A stretch of 64,000 nucleotides of DNA from Octopus sinensis (GCF_006345805.1 NC_043023.1:1-64000), one strand, 5' to 3'. Positions 13,340 through 25,956 are shown, numbered from the stretch's first letter. Numbers and translations are program-made. Notes: a model not told the origin generated them from the sequence alone.

Positions 13340-13926
13340 AGCCAAGTCGGAACAGATATTTTTCACGAGGCATTCCCGTCCCTGCCTCGGCAATATCTGA
13401 CCTAAAATTTTCAAATCATCGTACTCGCGCCAAATTTATCGGCAGCAAATAAATATAAGCCGCCGATTCCATTACGGAATTAACCAGAAAATTCATAATT
13501 AATCAATATAGGGTGCCAAAAAAATTTTGTAGAATTTTTTTTTTTTGCCACCAGCGGCCTAGTGGGAAAAAATTTTGCGGTTATTTTGCGGTTAAAGCTT
13601 TTGGCTGTTATTTCTAGTGGGTGAATGGCCTATTATGGCCGTTCCTTGATTGTGATGTTGAACTTAAAAATGGTCTATGACTATTTAATTTTTTCCCACT
13701 AGGCCGCTGGTGGCAAAAAAAAAAAAAAAAAAAATTCTACAAAATTTTTTGCGACCCTATATTGATTAATTATGAATTTTCGGTTAATTCCGTAATGGAA
13801 TCGGCGGCTTATATTATTTGCTGCCGAAAAATTTGGCGCGAGTGCGATGATTTGAAAATTTTAGGTCAGATATTGCCGAGGCAGGGACGGGAATGCCTCG
13901 TGAAAAATATCTGTTCCAACTTGGCT

Positions 13927-14033
13927 ATTTCTTACTGATGAATCTAAGGGCCTATGGTAGATTGGCTTGATTTAATTTAATCAGGTTAGTTTACCATTAA
14001 ACAGTATAGGAAACGGTGCATCGTATAAGAAAT
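13927..14033 (+). ncRNA. Type I hammerhead ribozyme, first direct 505-bp copy
   Basis: 8-bp stem I atttctta/taagaaat; CTGATGA 13935-41; GAAA 14010-13; self-complementary stem III cggtgcatcg; GUA cleavage triplet; stem II base weakened (tatag variant). Confidence 0.75.
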
Positions 14034-14434
14034 TACAGGGTAAATGTTTTTTAATTTTCTCCTGGTTTACGGAATTGATGTTATTTTGCGGTTAAAGCTT
14101 TTGGCTGTTATTTCTAGTGGGTGAATGGCCTATTATGGCCGTTCCTTGATTGTGATGTTGAACTTAAAAATGGTCTATGACTATTTAATTTTTTCCCACT
14201 AGGCCGCTGGTGGCAAAAAAAAAAAAAAAAAAAAAAAAATTCTACAAAATTTTTTTGCCACCCTATATTGATTAATTATGAATTTTCTGGTTAATTCCGT
14301 AATGGAATCGGCGGCTTATATTTATTTGCTGCCGATAAATTTGGCGCGAGTGCGATGATTTGAAAATTTTAGGTCAGATATTGCCGAGGCAGGGACGGGA
14401 ATGCCTCGTGAAAAATATCTGTTCCGACTTGGCT

Positions 14435-15721
14435 AATTCTTACTGATGAATCTAAGGGCCTATGGTAGATTGGCTTGATTTAATTTAATCAGGTTAGTTT
14501 ACCATTAAACAGTATAGGAAACGGTGCATCGTATAAGAAATTACAGGGTAAATGTTTTTTAATTTTCTCCTGGTTTACGGAATTGATGTTATTTTGCGGT
14601 TAAAGATTTTGGCTGTTATTTCTAGTGGGTGAATGGCCTATTATGGCCGTTCCTTGATTGTGATGTTGAAATTAAAAATGGTCTATGACCATTTAATTTT
14701 TTCCCACTAGGCCGCTGGTGGCAAAAAAAAAAAAAAAAAAAATTCTACAAAATTTTTTTGCCACCCTATATTGATTAATTATGAATTTTCTGGTTAATTC
14801 CGTAATGGAATCGGCGGCTTATATTTTTTTGCTGCCGATAAATTTGGCGCGAGTGCGATGATTTGAAAATTTTAGGTCAGATATTGCCGAGGCAGGGACG
14901 GGAATGCCTCGTGAAAAATATCTGTTCCGACTTGGCTATTTCTTACTGATGAATCTAAGGGCCTATGGTAGATTGGCTTGATTTAATTTAATCAGGTTAG
15001 TTTACCATTAAACAGTATACGAAACGGTGCATCGTATAAGAAATTACAGGGTAAATGTTTTTTAATTTTCTCCTGGTTTACGGAATTGATGTTATTTTGC
15101 GGTTAAAGCTTTTGGCTGATATTTCTAGTGGGTGAATGGCCTATTATGGCCGTTCCTTGATTGTGATGTTGAACTTAAAAATGGTCTATGACTATTTAAT
15201 TTTTTCCCACTAGGCCGCTGGTGGCAAAAAAAAAAAAAAAAATTCTACAAAATTTTTTTGCCACCCTATATTGATTAATTATGAATTTTCTGGTTAATTC
15301 CGTAATGGAATCGGCGGCTTATATTTATTTGCTGCCGATAAATTTGGCGCGAGTGCGATGATTTGAAAATTTTAGGTCGGATATTGCCGAGGCAGGGACG
15401 GGAATGCCTCGTGAAAAATATCTGTTCCGACTTGGCTATTTCTTACTGATGAATCTAAGGGCCTATGGTAGATTGGCTTGATTTAATTTAATCAGGTTAG
15501 TTTACCATTAAACAGTATAGGAAACGGTGCATCGTATAAGAAATTACAGGGTAAATGTTTTTTAATTTTCTCCTGGTTACGGAATTGATGTTATTTTGCG
15601 GTTAAGCTTTTGGCTGTTATTTCTAGTGGGTGAATGGCCTATTATGGCCGTTCCTTTATTGTGATGTTGAACTTAAAAATGGTCTATGACTATTTAATTT
15701 TTTCCCACTAGGCCGCTGGTG

Positions 15722-15754
<33 letters not shown>

Positions 15755-18700
15755 CTACAAAATTTTTTTGGGACCCTATATTGATTAATTATCAATTTTC
15801 TGGTTAATTCCGTAATGGAATCGGCGGCTTATATTTATTTGCTGCCGAAAAATTTGGCGCGAGTGCGATTATTTGAAAATTTTAGGTCAGATATTGCCGA
15901 GGCAGGGACGGGAATGCCTCGTGAAAAATATCTGTTCCGACTTGGCTATTTCTTACTGATGAATCTAAGGGCCTATGGTAGATTGGCTTGATTTAATTTA
16001 ATCAGGTTAGTTTACCATTAAACAGTAGACGAAACGGTGCATCGTATAAGAAATTACAGGGTAAATGTTTTTTAATTTTCTCCTGGTTTACGGAATTGAT
16101 GTCATTTTGCGGTTAAAGCTTTTGGCTGTTATTTCTAGTGGGTGAATGGCCTATTATGGCCGTTCCTTGATTGTGATGTTGAACTTAAAAATGGTCTATG
16201 ACTATTTAATTTTTTCCCACTAGGCCGCTGGTGGCAAAAAAAAACAAAAAAAAAACAATTCTACAAAATTTTTTTGGCACCCTATATTGATTAATTATGA
16301 ATTTTCTGGTTAATTCCGTAATGGAATCGGCGGCTTATATTTATTTGCTGCCGATAAATTTGGCGCGAGTGCGATGATTTGAAAATTTTAGGTCACATAT
16401 TGCCGAGGCAGGGACGGGAATGCCTCGTGAAAAATATCTGTTCCGACTTAGCTATTTCTTACTGATGAATCTAAGGGCCTATGGTAGATTGGCTTGATTT
16501 AATTTAATCAGGTTAGTTTACCATTAAACAGTATAGGAAACGGTGCATCGTATAAGAAATTACAGGGTAAATGTTTTTTAATTTTCTCCTGGTTTACGGA
16601 ATTGATGTTATTTTGCGGTTAAAGCTTTTGGCTGTTATTTCTAGTGGGTGAATGGCCTATTATGGCCGTTCCTTGATTGTGATGTTGAACTTAAAAATGG
16701 TCTATGACTATTTAATTTTTTCCCACTAGGCCGCTGGTGGCAAAAAAAAAAAAAAAAAAAAAATTCTACAAAATTTTTTTGCGACCCTATATTGATTAAT
16801 TATGAATTTTCTGGTTAATTCCGTAATGGAATCGGCGGCTTATATTTATTTGCTGCCGATAAATTTGGCGCGAGTGCGATGATTTGAAAATTTTAGGTCA
16901 GATATTGCCGAGGCAGGGACGGGAATGCCTCGTGAAAAATATCTGTTCCAACTTGGCTATTTCTTACTGATGAATCTAAGGGCCTATGGTAGATTGGCTT
17001 GATTTAATTTAATCAGGTTAGTTTACCATTAAACAGTATACGAAACGGTGCATCGTATAAGAAATTACAGGGTAAATGTTTTTTAATTTTCTCCTGGTTT
17101 ACGGAATTGATGTTATTTTGCGGTTAAAGCTTTTGGCTGTTATTTCTAGTGGGTGAATGGCCTATTATGGCCGTTCCTTGATTGTGATGTTGAAATTAAA
17201 AATGGTCTATGACCATTTAATTTTTTCCCACTAGGCCGCTGGTGGCAAAAAAAAAAAAAAAAAAAAAAAAATTCTACAAAATTTTTTTGCCACCCTATAT
17301 TGATTAATTATGAATTTTCTGGTTAATTCCGTAATGGAATCGGCGGCTTATATTTATTTGCTGCCGATAAATTTGGCGCGAGTGCGATGATTTGAAAATT
17401 TTAGGTCAGATATTGCCGAGGCAGGGACGGGAATGCCTCGTGAAAAATATCTGTTCCGACTTGGCTATTTCTTACTGATGAATCTAAGGCCTATGGTAGA
17501 TTGGCTTGATTTAATTTAATCAGGTTAGTTTACCATTAACACAGTATATCGAAACGGTGCATCGTATAAGAAATTACAGGGTAAATGTTTTTTAATTTTT
17601 CCTGGTTTACGGAATTGATGTTATTTTGCGGTTTAAGCTTTTGGCTGTTATTTCTAGTGGGTGAATGGCCTATTATGGCCGTTCCTTGATTGTGATGTTG
17701 AACTTAAAAATGGTCTATGACTATTTAATTTTTTCCCACTAGGCCGCTGGTGGCAAAAAAAAAAAAAAAAAAAAAAAAATTCTACAAAATTTTTTGGCAC
17801 CCTATATTGATTAATTATGAATTTTCTGGTTAATTCCGTAATGGAATCGGCGGCTTATATTTATTTGCTGCCGATAAATTTGGCGCGAGTGCGATGATTT
17901 GAAAATTTTAGGTCAGATATTGCCGAGGCAGGGACGGGAATGCCTCGTGAAAAATATCTGTTCCGACTTGGCTATTTCTTACTGATGAATCTAAGGGCCT
18001 ATGGTAGTATTGGCTTGATTTAATTTAATCAGGTTAGTTTACCATTAAACAGTATAGGAAACGGTGCATCGTATAAGAAATTACAGGGTAAATGTTTTTT
18101 AATTTTCTCCTGGTTTACGGAATTGATGTTATTTTGCGGTTAAAGCTTTTGGCTGTTATTTCTAGTGGGTGAATGGCCTATTATGGCCGTTCCTTGATTG
18201 TGATGTTGAACTTAAAAATGGTCTATGACTATTAATTTTTTCCCACTAGGCCGCTGGTGGCAAAAAAAAAAAAAAAAAAAAAAAAAAATTCTACAAAATT
18301 TTTTTGCGACCCTATATTGATTAATTATCAATTTTCTGGTTAATTCCGTAATGGAATCGGCGGCGGCTTATTTATTTGCTGCCAAAAATTTGGCGCGAGT
18401 GCGATTATTTGAAAATTTAGGTCAGATATTGCCGAGGCAGGGACGGGAATGCTCGTGAAAAATATCTGTTCCGACTTGGCTATTTCTTACTGATGAATCT
18501 AAGGGCCTATGGTAGATTGGCTTGATTTAATTTAATCAGGTTAGTTTACCATTAAACAGTATAGGAAACGGTGCATCGTATAAGAAATTACAGGGTAAAT
18601 GTTTTTTAATTTTCTCCTGGTTTACGGAATTGATGTTATTTTGCGGTTAAAGCTTTTGGTTGTTATTTCTAGTGGGTGAATGGCCTATTATGGCCGTTCC

Positions 18701-21607
18701 TTGATTGTGATGTTGAACTTTAAAATGGTCTATGACTATTTAATTTTTTCTCACTAGGCCGCTGGTGGCAAAAAAAAAAAAAAAAAAATTCTACAAAATT
18801 TTTTTGCCACCCTATATTGATTAATTATGAATTTTCTGGTTAATTCCGTAATGGATTCGGCGGCTTATATTTATTTGCTGCCGATAAATTTGGCGCGAGT
18901 GCGATGATTTGAAAATTTTAGGTCGGATATTGCCGAGGCAGGGACGGGAATGCCTCGTGAAAAATATCTGTTCGACTTGGCTTATTCTTACTGATGAATC
19001 TAAGGGCCTATGGTAGATTGGCTTGATTTAATTTAATCAGGTTAGTTTACCATTAAACAGTATAGGACGGTGCATCGTATAAGAAATTACAGGGTAAATT
19101 TTTTTAATTTTCTCCTGGTTTACGGAATTGATGTTATTTTGCGGTTAAAGCTTTTGGCTGTTATTTCTAGTGGGTGAATGGCCTATTATGGCCGTTCCTT
19201 GATTGTGATGTTGAACTTTAAAATGGTCTATGACTATTTAATTTTTTCCTATTAGGCCGCTGGTGGCAAAAAAAAAAAAAAAAAAAAAAAAATTCTACAA
19301 AATTTTTTTGCCACCCTATATTGATTAATTATGAATTTTCTGGTTAATTCCGTAATGGAATCGGCGGCTTATATTTATTTGCTGCCGATAAATTTGGCGC
19401 GAGTGCGATGATTTGAAAATTTTAGGTCAGATATTGCCGAGGCAGGGACGGGAATGCCTCGTGAAAAATATCTGTTCCGACTTGGCTATTTCTTACTGAT
19501 GAATCTAAGGGCCTATGGTAGATTGGCTTGATTCAATTTAATCAGGTTAGTTTACCATTAAACAGTAGGACGAAACGGTGCATCGTATATGAAATTACAG
19601 GTAAATGTTTTTTGATTTCCTCCTCCTGGTTTACGGAATTGATGTTATTTTGCGGTTAAAGCTTTTGGCTGTTATTTCTAGTGGGTGAATGGCCTATTAT
19701 GGCCGTTCCTTGATTGTGATGTTGAACTTAAAATGGTCTATGACTATTTAATTTTTTCCCACTAGGCCGCTGGTGGCAAAAAAAACAAAAAAAAACAATT
19801 CTACAAAATATTTTTGGCACCCTATATTGATTAATTATGAATTTTCTGGTTAATTCCGTAATGGAATCGGCGGCTTATATTTATTTGCTGCCGATAAATT
19901 TGGCGCGAGTGCGATGATTTGAAAATTTTAGGTCAGATATTGCCGAGGCAGGACGGGAATGCCTCGTGAAAAATATCTGTTCCGACTTAGCTATCTTACT
20001 GATGATCTAAGGGCCTATGGTAGATTGGCTTGATTTAATTTATCAGGTAGTTTTACCATTAAACAGTAGACGATACGGTGCATCGTATAAGAAATTACAG
20101 GGTAAATGTGTTTTTAATTTTCTCCTGGTTTACGGAATTGATGTTATTCTGCGGTTAAAGCTTTTGCTGTTATTTCTAGTGGTGAATGGCCTATTATGGC
20201 CGTTCCTTGATTGTGATTTGAACTTGAAAATGGTCTATGACTATTTAATTTTTTCCCACTAGGCCGCTGGTGGCACAAAAAAAAAAAAAAAAAAAAATTC
20301 TACAAAATTTTTTTGCGACCCTATATTGATTAATTATGAATTTTCTGGTTAATTCCGTAATGGAATCGGCGGCTTATATTTATTTGCTGCCGATAAATTT
20401 GGCGCGAGTGCGATGATTTGAAAATTTTAGGTCAGATATTGCCGAGGCAAGGACGGGAATGCCTCGTGAAAAATATCTGTTCCGACTTGGCTATTTCTTA
20501 CTGATGAATCTAAGGGCCTATGGTAGATTGGCTTGATTTAATTTAATCAGGTTAGTTTACCATTAACAGTAGACGAAACGGTGCATCGTATAAGAAATTA
20601 CAGGGGTAATGTTTTTTAATTTTCTCCTGGTTTACGGAATTGATGTTATTTTGCGGTTAAAGCTTTTGGCTGTTATTTCTAGTGGGTGAATGGCCTATTA
20701 TGGCCGTTCCTTGATTGTGATGTTGAACTTAAAAATGGTCTATGACTATTTAATTTTTTCCCACTAGGCCGCTGGTGACAAAAAAAAAAAAAAAAAAAAA
20801 AAAAAATTCTACAAAATTTTTTTGCCACCCTATATTGATTAATTATGAATTTTCTGGTTAATTCCGTAATGGAATCGGCGGCTTATATTTATTTGCTGCC
20901 GATAAATTTGGCGCGAGTGCGATGATTTGAAAATTTTAGGTCAGATATTGCCGAGGCAGGGACGGAATGCCGCGTGAAAAATATCTTTTCCGACTTGGCT
21001 ATTTCTTACTGATGAATCTAAGGGCCTATGGTAGATTGGCTTGATTTAATTTAATCAGGTTAGTTTACCATTAAACAGTATAGGAAACGGTGCATCGTAT
21101 AAGAAATTACAGGGTAAATGTTTTTTAATTTTCTCCTGGTTTACGGAATTGATGTTATTTTGCGGTTTAAGCTTTTGGCTGTTATTTCTAGTGGGTGAAT
21201 GGCCTATTATGGCCGTTCCTTGATTGTGATGTTGAACTTTAAAATGTCTATGACTATTTAATTTTTTCTCACTAGGCCGCTGGTGGCAAAAAAAAAAAAA
21301 AAAAATTCTAGCAAAATTTTTTTGCCACCCTATATTGATTAATTATGATTTTCTGGTTAATTCCGTAATGGAATCGGCGGCTTATATTTATTTGCTGCCG
21401 ATAAATTTGGCGCGAGTGCGATGATTTGAAAATTTTAGGTCGGATATTGCCGAGGCAGGGACGGGAATGCCTCGTGAAAAATATCTGTTTCGACTTGGCT
21501 ATTTCTTACTGATGAATCTAAGGGCCTATGGTAGATTGGCTTGATTTAATTTAATCAGGTTAGTTTACCATTAAACAGTATAGGAAACGGTGCATCGTAT
21601 AAGAAAT
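14435..21607 (+). ncRNA. Remaining per-unit hammerhead copies of the 505-bp array (one ~107-nt motif per unit)
   Basis: Same motif in every unit; the copies with cores at 18991 and 19999 have a damaged GAAA. Confidence 0.75.
15948..16054 (+). ncRNA. Type I hammerhead ribozyme, best-paired 505-bp copy (fifth)
   Basis: Stem I 15948-55/16047-54; core 15956-62 and 16031-34; stem II tcta/taga plus a 19-bp hairpin 15975-16018; stem III 16035-44; predicted cleavage after 16046. Confidence 0.88.
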
Positions 21608-21666
21608 TACAGGGTAAATGTTTTTTAATTTTCTCCTGGTTTACGGAATTGATGTTATTTTGCGGT

Positions 21667-21766
21667 NNNNNNNNNNNNNNNNNNNNNNNNNNNNNNNNNN
21701 NNNNNNNNNNNNNNNNNNNNNNNNNNNNNNNNNNNNNNNNNNNNNNNNNNNNNNNNNNNNNNNNNN
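21667..21766. other. Assembly gap (100 N)
   Basis: Run of N; the true array length is unknown. Confidence 1.
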
Positions 21767-22029
21767 TATTCATTTCATTTGTCTATCCCAATGACGAGAG
21801 AAGGTGGGTAGGAATGTATGTATGCATGTATATATATGTGTGTGCGTGTGCGATGGGCTTCTTTCAGTTTCCGTCTACCAAATTCACTCACAAGGTTTTG
21901 GTCGGCCCGAGGCTATAGTAGAAGACACTAACCCAAGATACCACGCAATGGGATTGAACCCGGAACCATGTGGTTGGTAAGCAAACTACTTACCACACAG
22001 CCAATCGTATATATATATATGTATATGTT

Positions 22030-22272
22030 AAAAAATACGAACTGGGACAAGAACGCAAAACATTTAGAGGACTATACAAAAAACAAGGACGGGACATTCG
22101 AAGCCTTCAATCTTCAGTCAAGAACCGGATCATCTTCGCAATTTCGGATGATTAATCTTGAGATTGCTCCGATCTGGCCAGCCCCGAAGGAAAATCTAAG
22201 CCAAGCGCATTAGATTCCTTGGAAGAAAGCCTCGAATGTATACAAAACAAGGACGGAAAACCGGATGATGTT
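22030..22272. mobile_element. ~240-bp microsatellite-embedded repeat (second copy inverted at 37430-37670)
   Basis: actgggacaagaacg...cttgagattgctccgatc...; reverse complement of 37430-37670. Confidence 0.75.
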
Positions 22273-22281
22273 ACACACACA

Positions 22282-22356
<75 letters not shown>

Positions 22357-22439
22357 GTTTATATATATGTATATATATCCGTATATATATATATACATGT
22401 ATATATATATGTGTGTATATATATATGTATATAAATATA

Positions 22440-22640
22440 CAATAAATCCAAAAGACAAGAACAAACAGAAAAAACAAGAATGCGAGGACGTGGTACGTGT
22501 AATGTATTAGTAGATGCTCAAGAGAAAAGAAGCTGGTTTAACGTTCGAACAAACGCTCTTCTTGGAAACAGAGGAAAGCCAATAGAAAGGAAGACGGAGG
22601 AAGAAAATCGTCAACGATTCACATGTGGTTACGAATAGAT
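22440..22640 (-). mobile_element. ~200-bp (TA)n-embedded element with a decayed minimal hammerhead; relative of 26571-26773
   Basis: Shared gcgaggacgtgg...gtttaacgttcga...aaaatcg.caacg blocks. Confidence 0.6.
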
Positions 22641-22641
22641 G

Positions 22642-22724
<83 letters not shown>

Positions 22725-22822
22725 GTATATACAATGTATATATATATGTATATATATGTATATATATATATATAGAGCTAGCGTATATTGTCTATCTATC
22801 TATATATATTACAAATATATAT

Positions 22823-23345
22823 TATACCAGCAGTATCGCCCGGCGTTGCTCGGGTTTGTAAGGGAAATAACTATATAAGCATTTTTAGAGAGTTACTTCC
22901 TTTATAGATGCAAATTCGGGCTTTCTTAGCCATTTCTGTTTTGGTGTCTTCAAGCCATGAAGTCGTTGTTCTAAAAGAACGCTGGTCTCCTTGACAACGC
23001 ATTACGACGTTGATTCCTTAACTCCCTTCCCCACAGCTTCACGAGGGAGGGAAGAAGGGGGAGAAGCAAACACAGGTGCAGGTGTTTGAGCGTGGACGCC
23101 AATTCCGCCGCCATCGACACACGAAAAATTATGCATTAAAATGGAATAAAAAAATTGATGTTAAATTATTTTTAAAATCTTAGACTCATCGTAGACGCGC
23201 GCTCATAGCCAGACGGGCTTGATATTAATCACGACTATAAGATACCCGAATTTGGTTTTAAACTGCACCGCAAAATGTGGGAGGAGTTAGGAATCTAAAT
23301 CGTAGGAGACAGACACTCACACAACTAAAGTTTTATATATATAGT
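22823..23345 (+). mobile_element. Helentron/DINE-1-like non-autonomous element
   Basis: Terminal ataccagcagtatcg followed by hairpin cccggcgttgctcggg; the other end has acagacac repeats and ttttatatatatag, the layout of Helentron-associated elements. Confidence 0.55.
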
Positions 23346-23524
23346 TATATGTATGTATATATATGTATATATATGTATGTATATATATGCATATATATAT
23401 ATATATATATATGTATGTATATATATATATATATGTATATGTATGTATATATATAATATATATATATAATATATAATATATATATATTATATTATATATA
23501 TATATATATATTTATTATTTATAT

Positions 23525-23720
23525 TAAGGGCATTACTCTATATAAATGCCTCATGCTAGGAGGGACTCTTGAAGTCAAAACTACCATAATAAACACCGAA
23601 CTCGAGGGAAGCGAGCCTTTTAAAAACAGATTCAGCCGCAAATCATATGATTTCATAATTAGTGCACAACATGCACTTTTTAAACGCCAGTGCAGGAATA
23701 ATCAAGACACATTCTATGTG
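23525..23720 (-). mobile_element. Diverged relative of the 480-bp unit, with a degenerate hammerhead at 23636-23695
   Basis: ggcatt...atgcc..gctaggaggga...gtca...ctacca...caccgaa parallels the 480-bp unit; minus strand ctgca-CTGGCGT-...-GAAA-tcatatga-TT-tgcgg. Confidence 0.6.
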
Positions 23721-24840
23721 TCTTGAATATTGATTTTTTGTGTGTCCATTTTCTAATTTTTGCAGACACTATCACTTTTATACTTTATTTGACACGTGAG
23801 TAGAACTCATGTCTGGAAACCTCGTGACATACTTAGATTTTGAAAAAATTCTATAGTAGGGCCCCTCCAATCGATCTTTCTACCTACTACATATTACTAT
23901 TATTCTATTTAAACAACTCAAGGGAAATAACTCATACCACCTGCAGATTTTAGCGAAGCGATCAATATATGACTCTCACGATCAGCCGACCTAATTCTGC
24001 GTTTCGCCACTCAGTTTTGAACTGCTGAACATTATTATTGCACTTCCTTGATTTGAATCTTAAACTTCAAACACTTCATTCATACATCTCTATACACACA
24101 TTCTTTTTTTGAATGCCCATTACTCCAATAATTCTGAATTTTTAGTTATTCTTTTTTCATGACAGTAGATATTTTTTATACCACAACGTATTTGTAGTGG
24201 CTTCATGCAGGCATAGCATGGATTCGATCCTCGATTGCCAAATTTCACTTAACACTTCAACAGCGCTTTTCTCAAGGTAAAACAATAGTTTTTCCGTGAA
24301 TGACACCAGTTATACACTTCCCAGATGCCTGCGCCAAGCAGAATAATGTCTTTGCCACTTAACCCTTCTAACCACTTCTAGGCCACCAGGGGCTGGAATG
24401 GAGATAACAGACTTCCAACGAAATCATTTGTTCTCAACAATATGTCTATCCTTCTGGCTGCTTTTCGATAGTTATAAAAACAAGAACTCTGTAAGCTAAA
24501 GGCAGTTACTGAGAGCGACCATCAGTGAGTGTGAACGTTATTATTGCACTTTCTTCATTTCATTCTTAAACATTAAACACTTCATTCATATATCTATATA
24601 CATATATACTACATTTATATATTAACTTTAATAAATTAGCCTTCATAAAGCACACCTTTAAAATGCCAACCTCCAACAATCTCTCACTGACAGTTTTCTG
24701 TACTTTTTCTCGACGGAAAATACACCTTTTGTGGCAGTTATAACGAAATTGCTTTCTTATATCAGAGTAATAAGGCGTTTCAATAGAACATCTTTACTCC
24801 GGGAATTACCGAGTACACCAGCTATAATATATATATATAT

Positions 24841-24873
<33 letters not shown>

Positions 24874-25062
24874 CGTGTATATATATATATATATATACAT
24901 ATACACATTAACACATGTACAAATAACACGGAAAAATAAATAGTTAGCAGGGTAGCAAAAATTTCACTTAAGTACCAAGGATGTTTTAGCCTACTTATAA
25001 AGGTAGAAATTCCAGGGTTTAGTGAAATGTTTTTGTAGCACAGATAAAGAAATGAAGTTAAA

Positions 25063-25140
25063 CGACATGTTTCGAAGAAAACATTGGTATTATTCCAGAG
25101 GGAATAAAATGATGTAAAACAATGCAATCTTCTCATCAGG
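25063..25140 (-). ncRNA. Degenerate hammerhead with long stem II
   Basis: CTGATGA gaaga...tcttc GAAA catg TC; stem I reduced to 1 bp. Confidence 0.4.
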
Positions 25141-25559
25141 GGAAAAAAAGAAACAACACACATCAATAAGCCATTTTAACCGAATGTGATGATTGCGTAT
25201 ATGATGAAGGGAACGCTGGCAAGTTATTTTTAAAAATAACAATATAAATTTTAGTTCGAATAACAACGTTACATCGAAAAATTTAATTTTGCATAGTAAG
25301 GGAGATAAGCAAGCTACTTACCACACACCCACTCCTACGCCTACGTTACGTACATATTTTCAGGATTTAATAATAATAAAAAAAACAACTAACGGAAAAT
25401 ATGAACTACCTATATACAGTATATAATTAAAAAGAAAAAGAGGAGTAAATAAACAAACAAACGTTTACTAAACCAATTCTTCCTCAGTTATCGGCCAAAG
25501 GGTCTAACGTAATTTCCTCCACACACACACACGTATATAATAATAATAACAACAACAAT

Positions 25560-25940
25560 GGTGCAGGAGTGGCTGTGTGGTAAGTAGCTTGCTTACCAAC
25601 CACATGGTTCCGGGTTCAGTCCCACTGCGTGGCATCTTGGGCAAGTGTCTTCTAGCCCCGGGCCGACCAATGCTTTGTGAGTGGATTTGGTAGACGGAAA
25701 CTGAGAGAAGCCTGTCGTATATATGTATATGTATATATATATGTGTGTGTGTGTGTATTTGTGTGTCTGTGTTTGTCCCCCTAACGTTGCTTGACAGCCG
25801 ATGCTGGTGTGTTTACGTCCCCGTCACCTAGCGGTTCGGCAAAAAGAAACTGATTGAATAAGTACTGGGATCGATTTGCTTGACTAAAGGCGGTGCTCCG
25901 CATGGCCGCAGTCAAATGACTGAAACAAGTTTAAAGAGTA
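25560..25940 (+). mobile_element. SINE family A
   Basis: ggtgcaggagtggctgtgtggtaag (A box) ... gggttcagtccc (B box) ... internal (TA)n(TG)n ... gactgaaacaag. Confidence 0.85.
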
Positions 25941-25954
25941 AAAACAGTGAAAGA

Positions 25955-25956
<2 letters not shown>

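Larger units (their letters stand above)
13110..21666. repeat. ~505-bp tandem array: 16 direct hammerhead-bearing copies (from ~13579) preceded by one inverted partial copy (13110-13574); retrozyme/PLE-pLTR-like
   Basis: CTGATGA recurs at 13935, 14443, 14946, 15446, 15956, 16462, 16967, 17475, 17982, 18490, 18991, 19496, 19999, 20501, 21009 and 21509. Copies are near-identical with a variable internal poly(A). Left end abuts (TA)n; right end enters the gap. Confidence 0.97.

Noticed and set aside
20017-20262. 81-aa ORF inside the 505-bp array
   Set aside because: Present in one indel-rich copy only; the other copies are closed
13579-21666. CRISPR, rDNA or histone-repeat interpretation of the array
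   Set aside because: No unique spacers, no rRNA/5S/snRNA similarity that I can recognise, and no coding frame
25560-25640. tRNA-like sequences (also 39010-39084, 47920-47990, 61650-61715)
   Set aside because: Heads of multi-copy SINEs followed by SINE bodies; not tRNA genes
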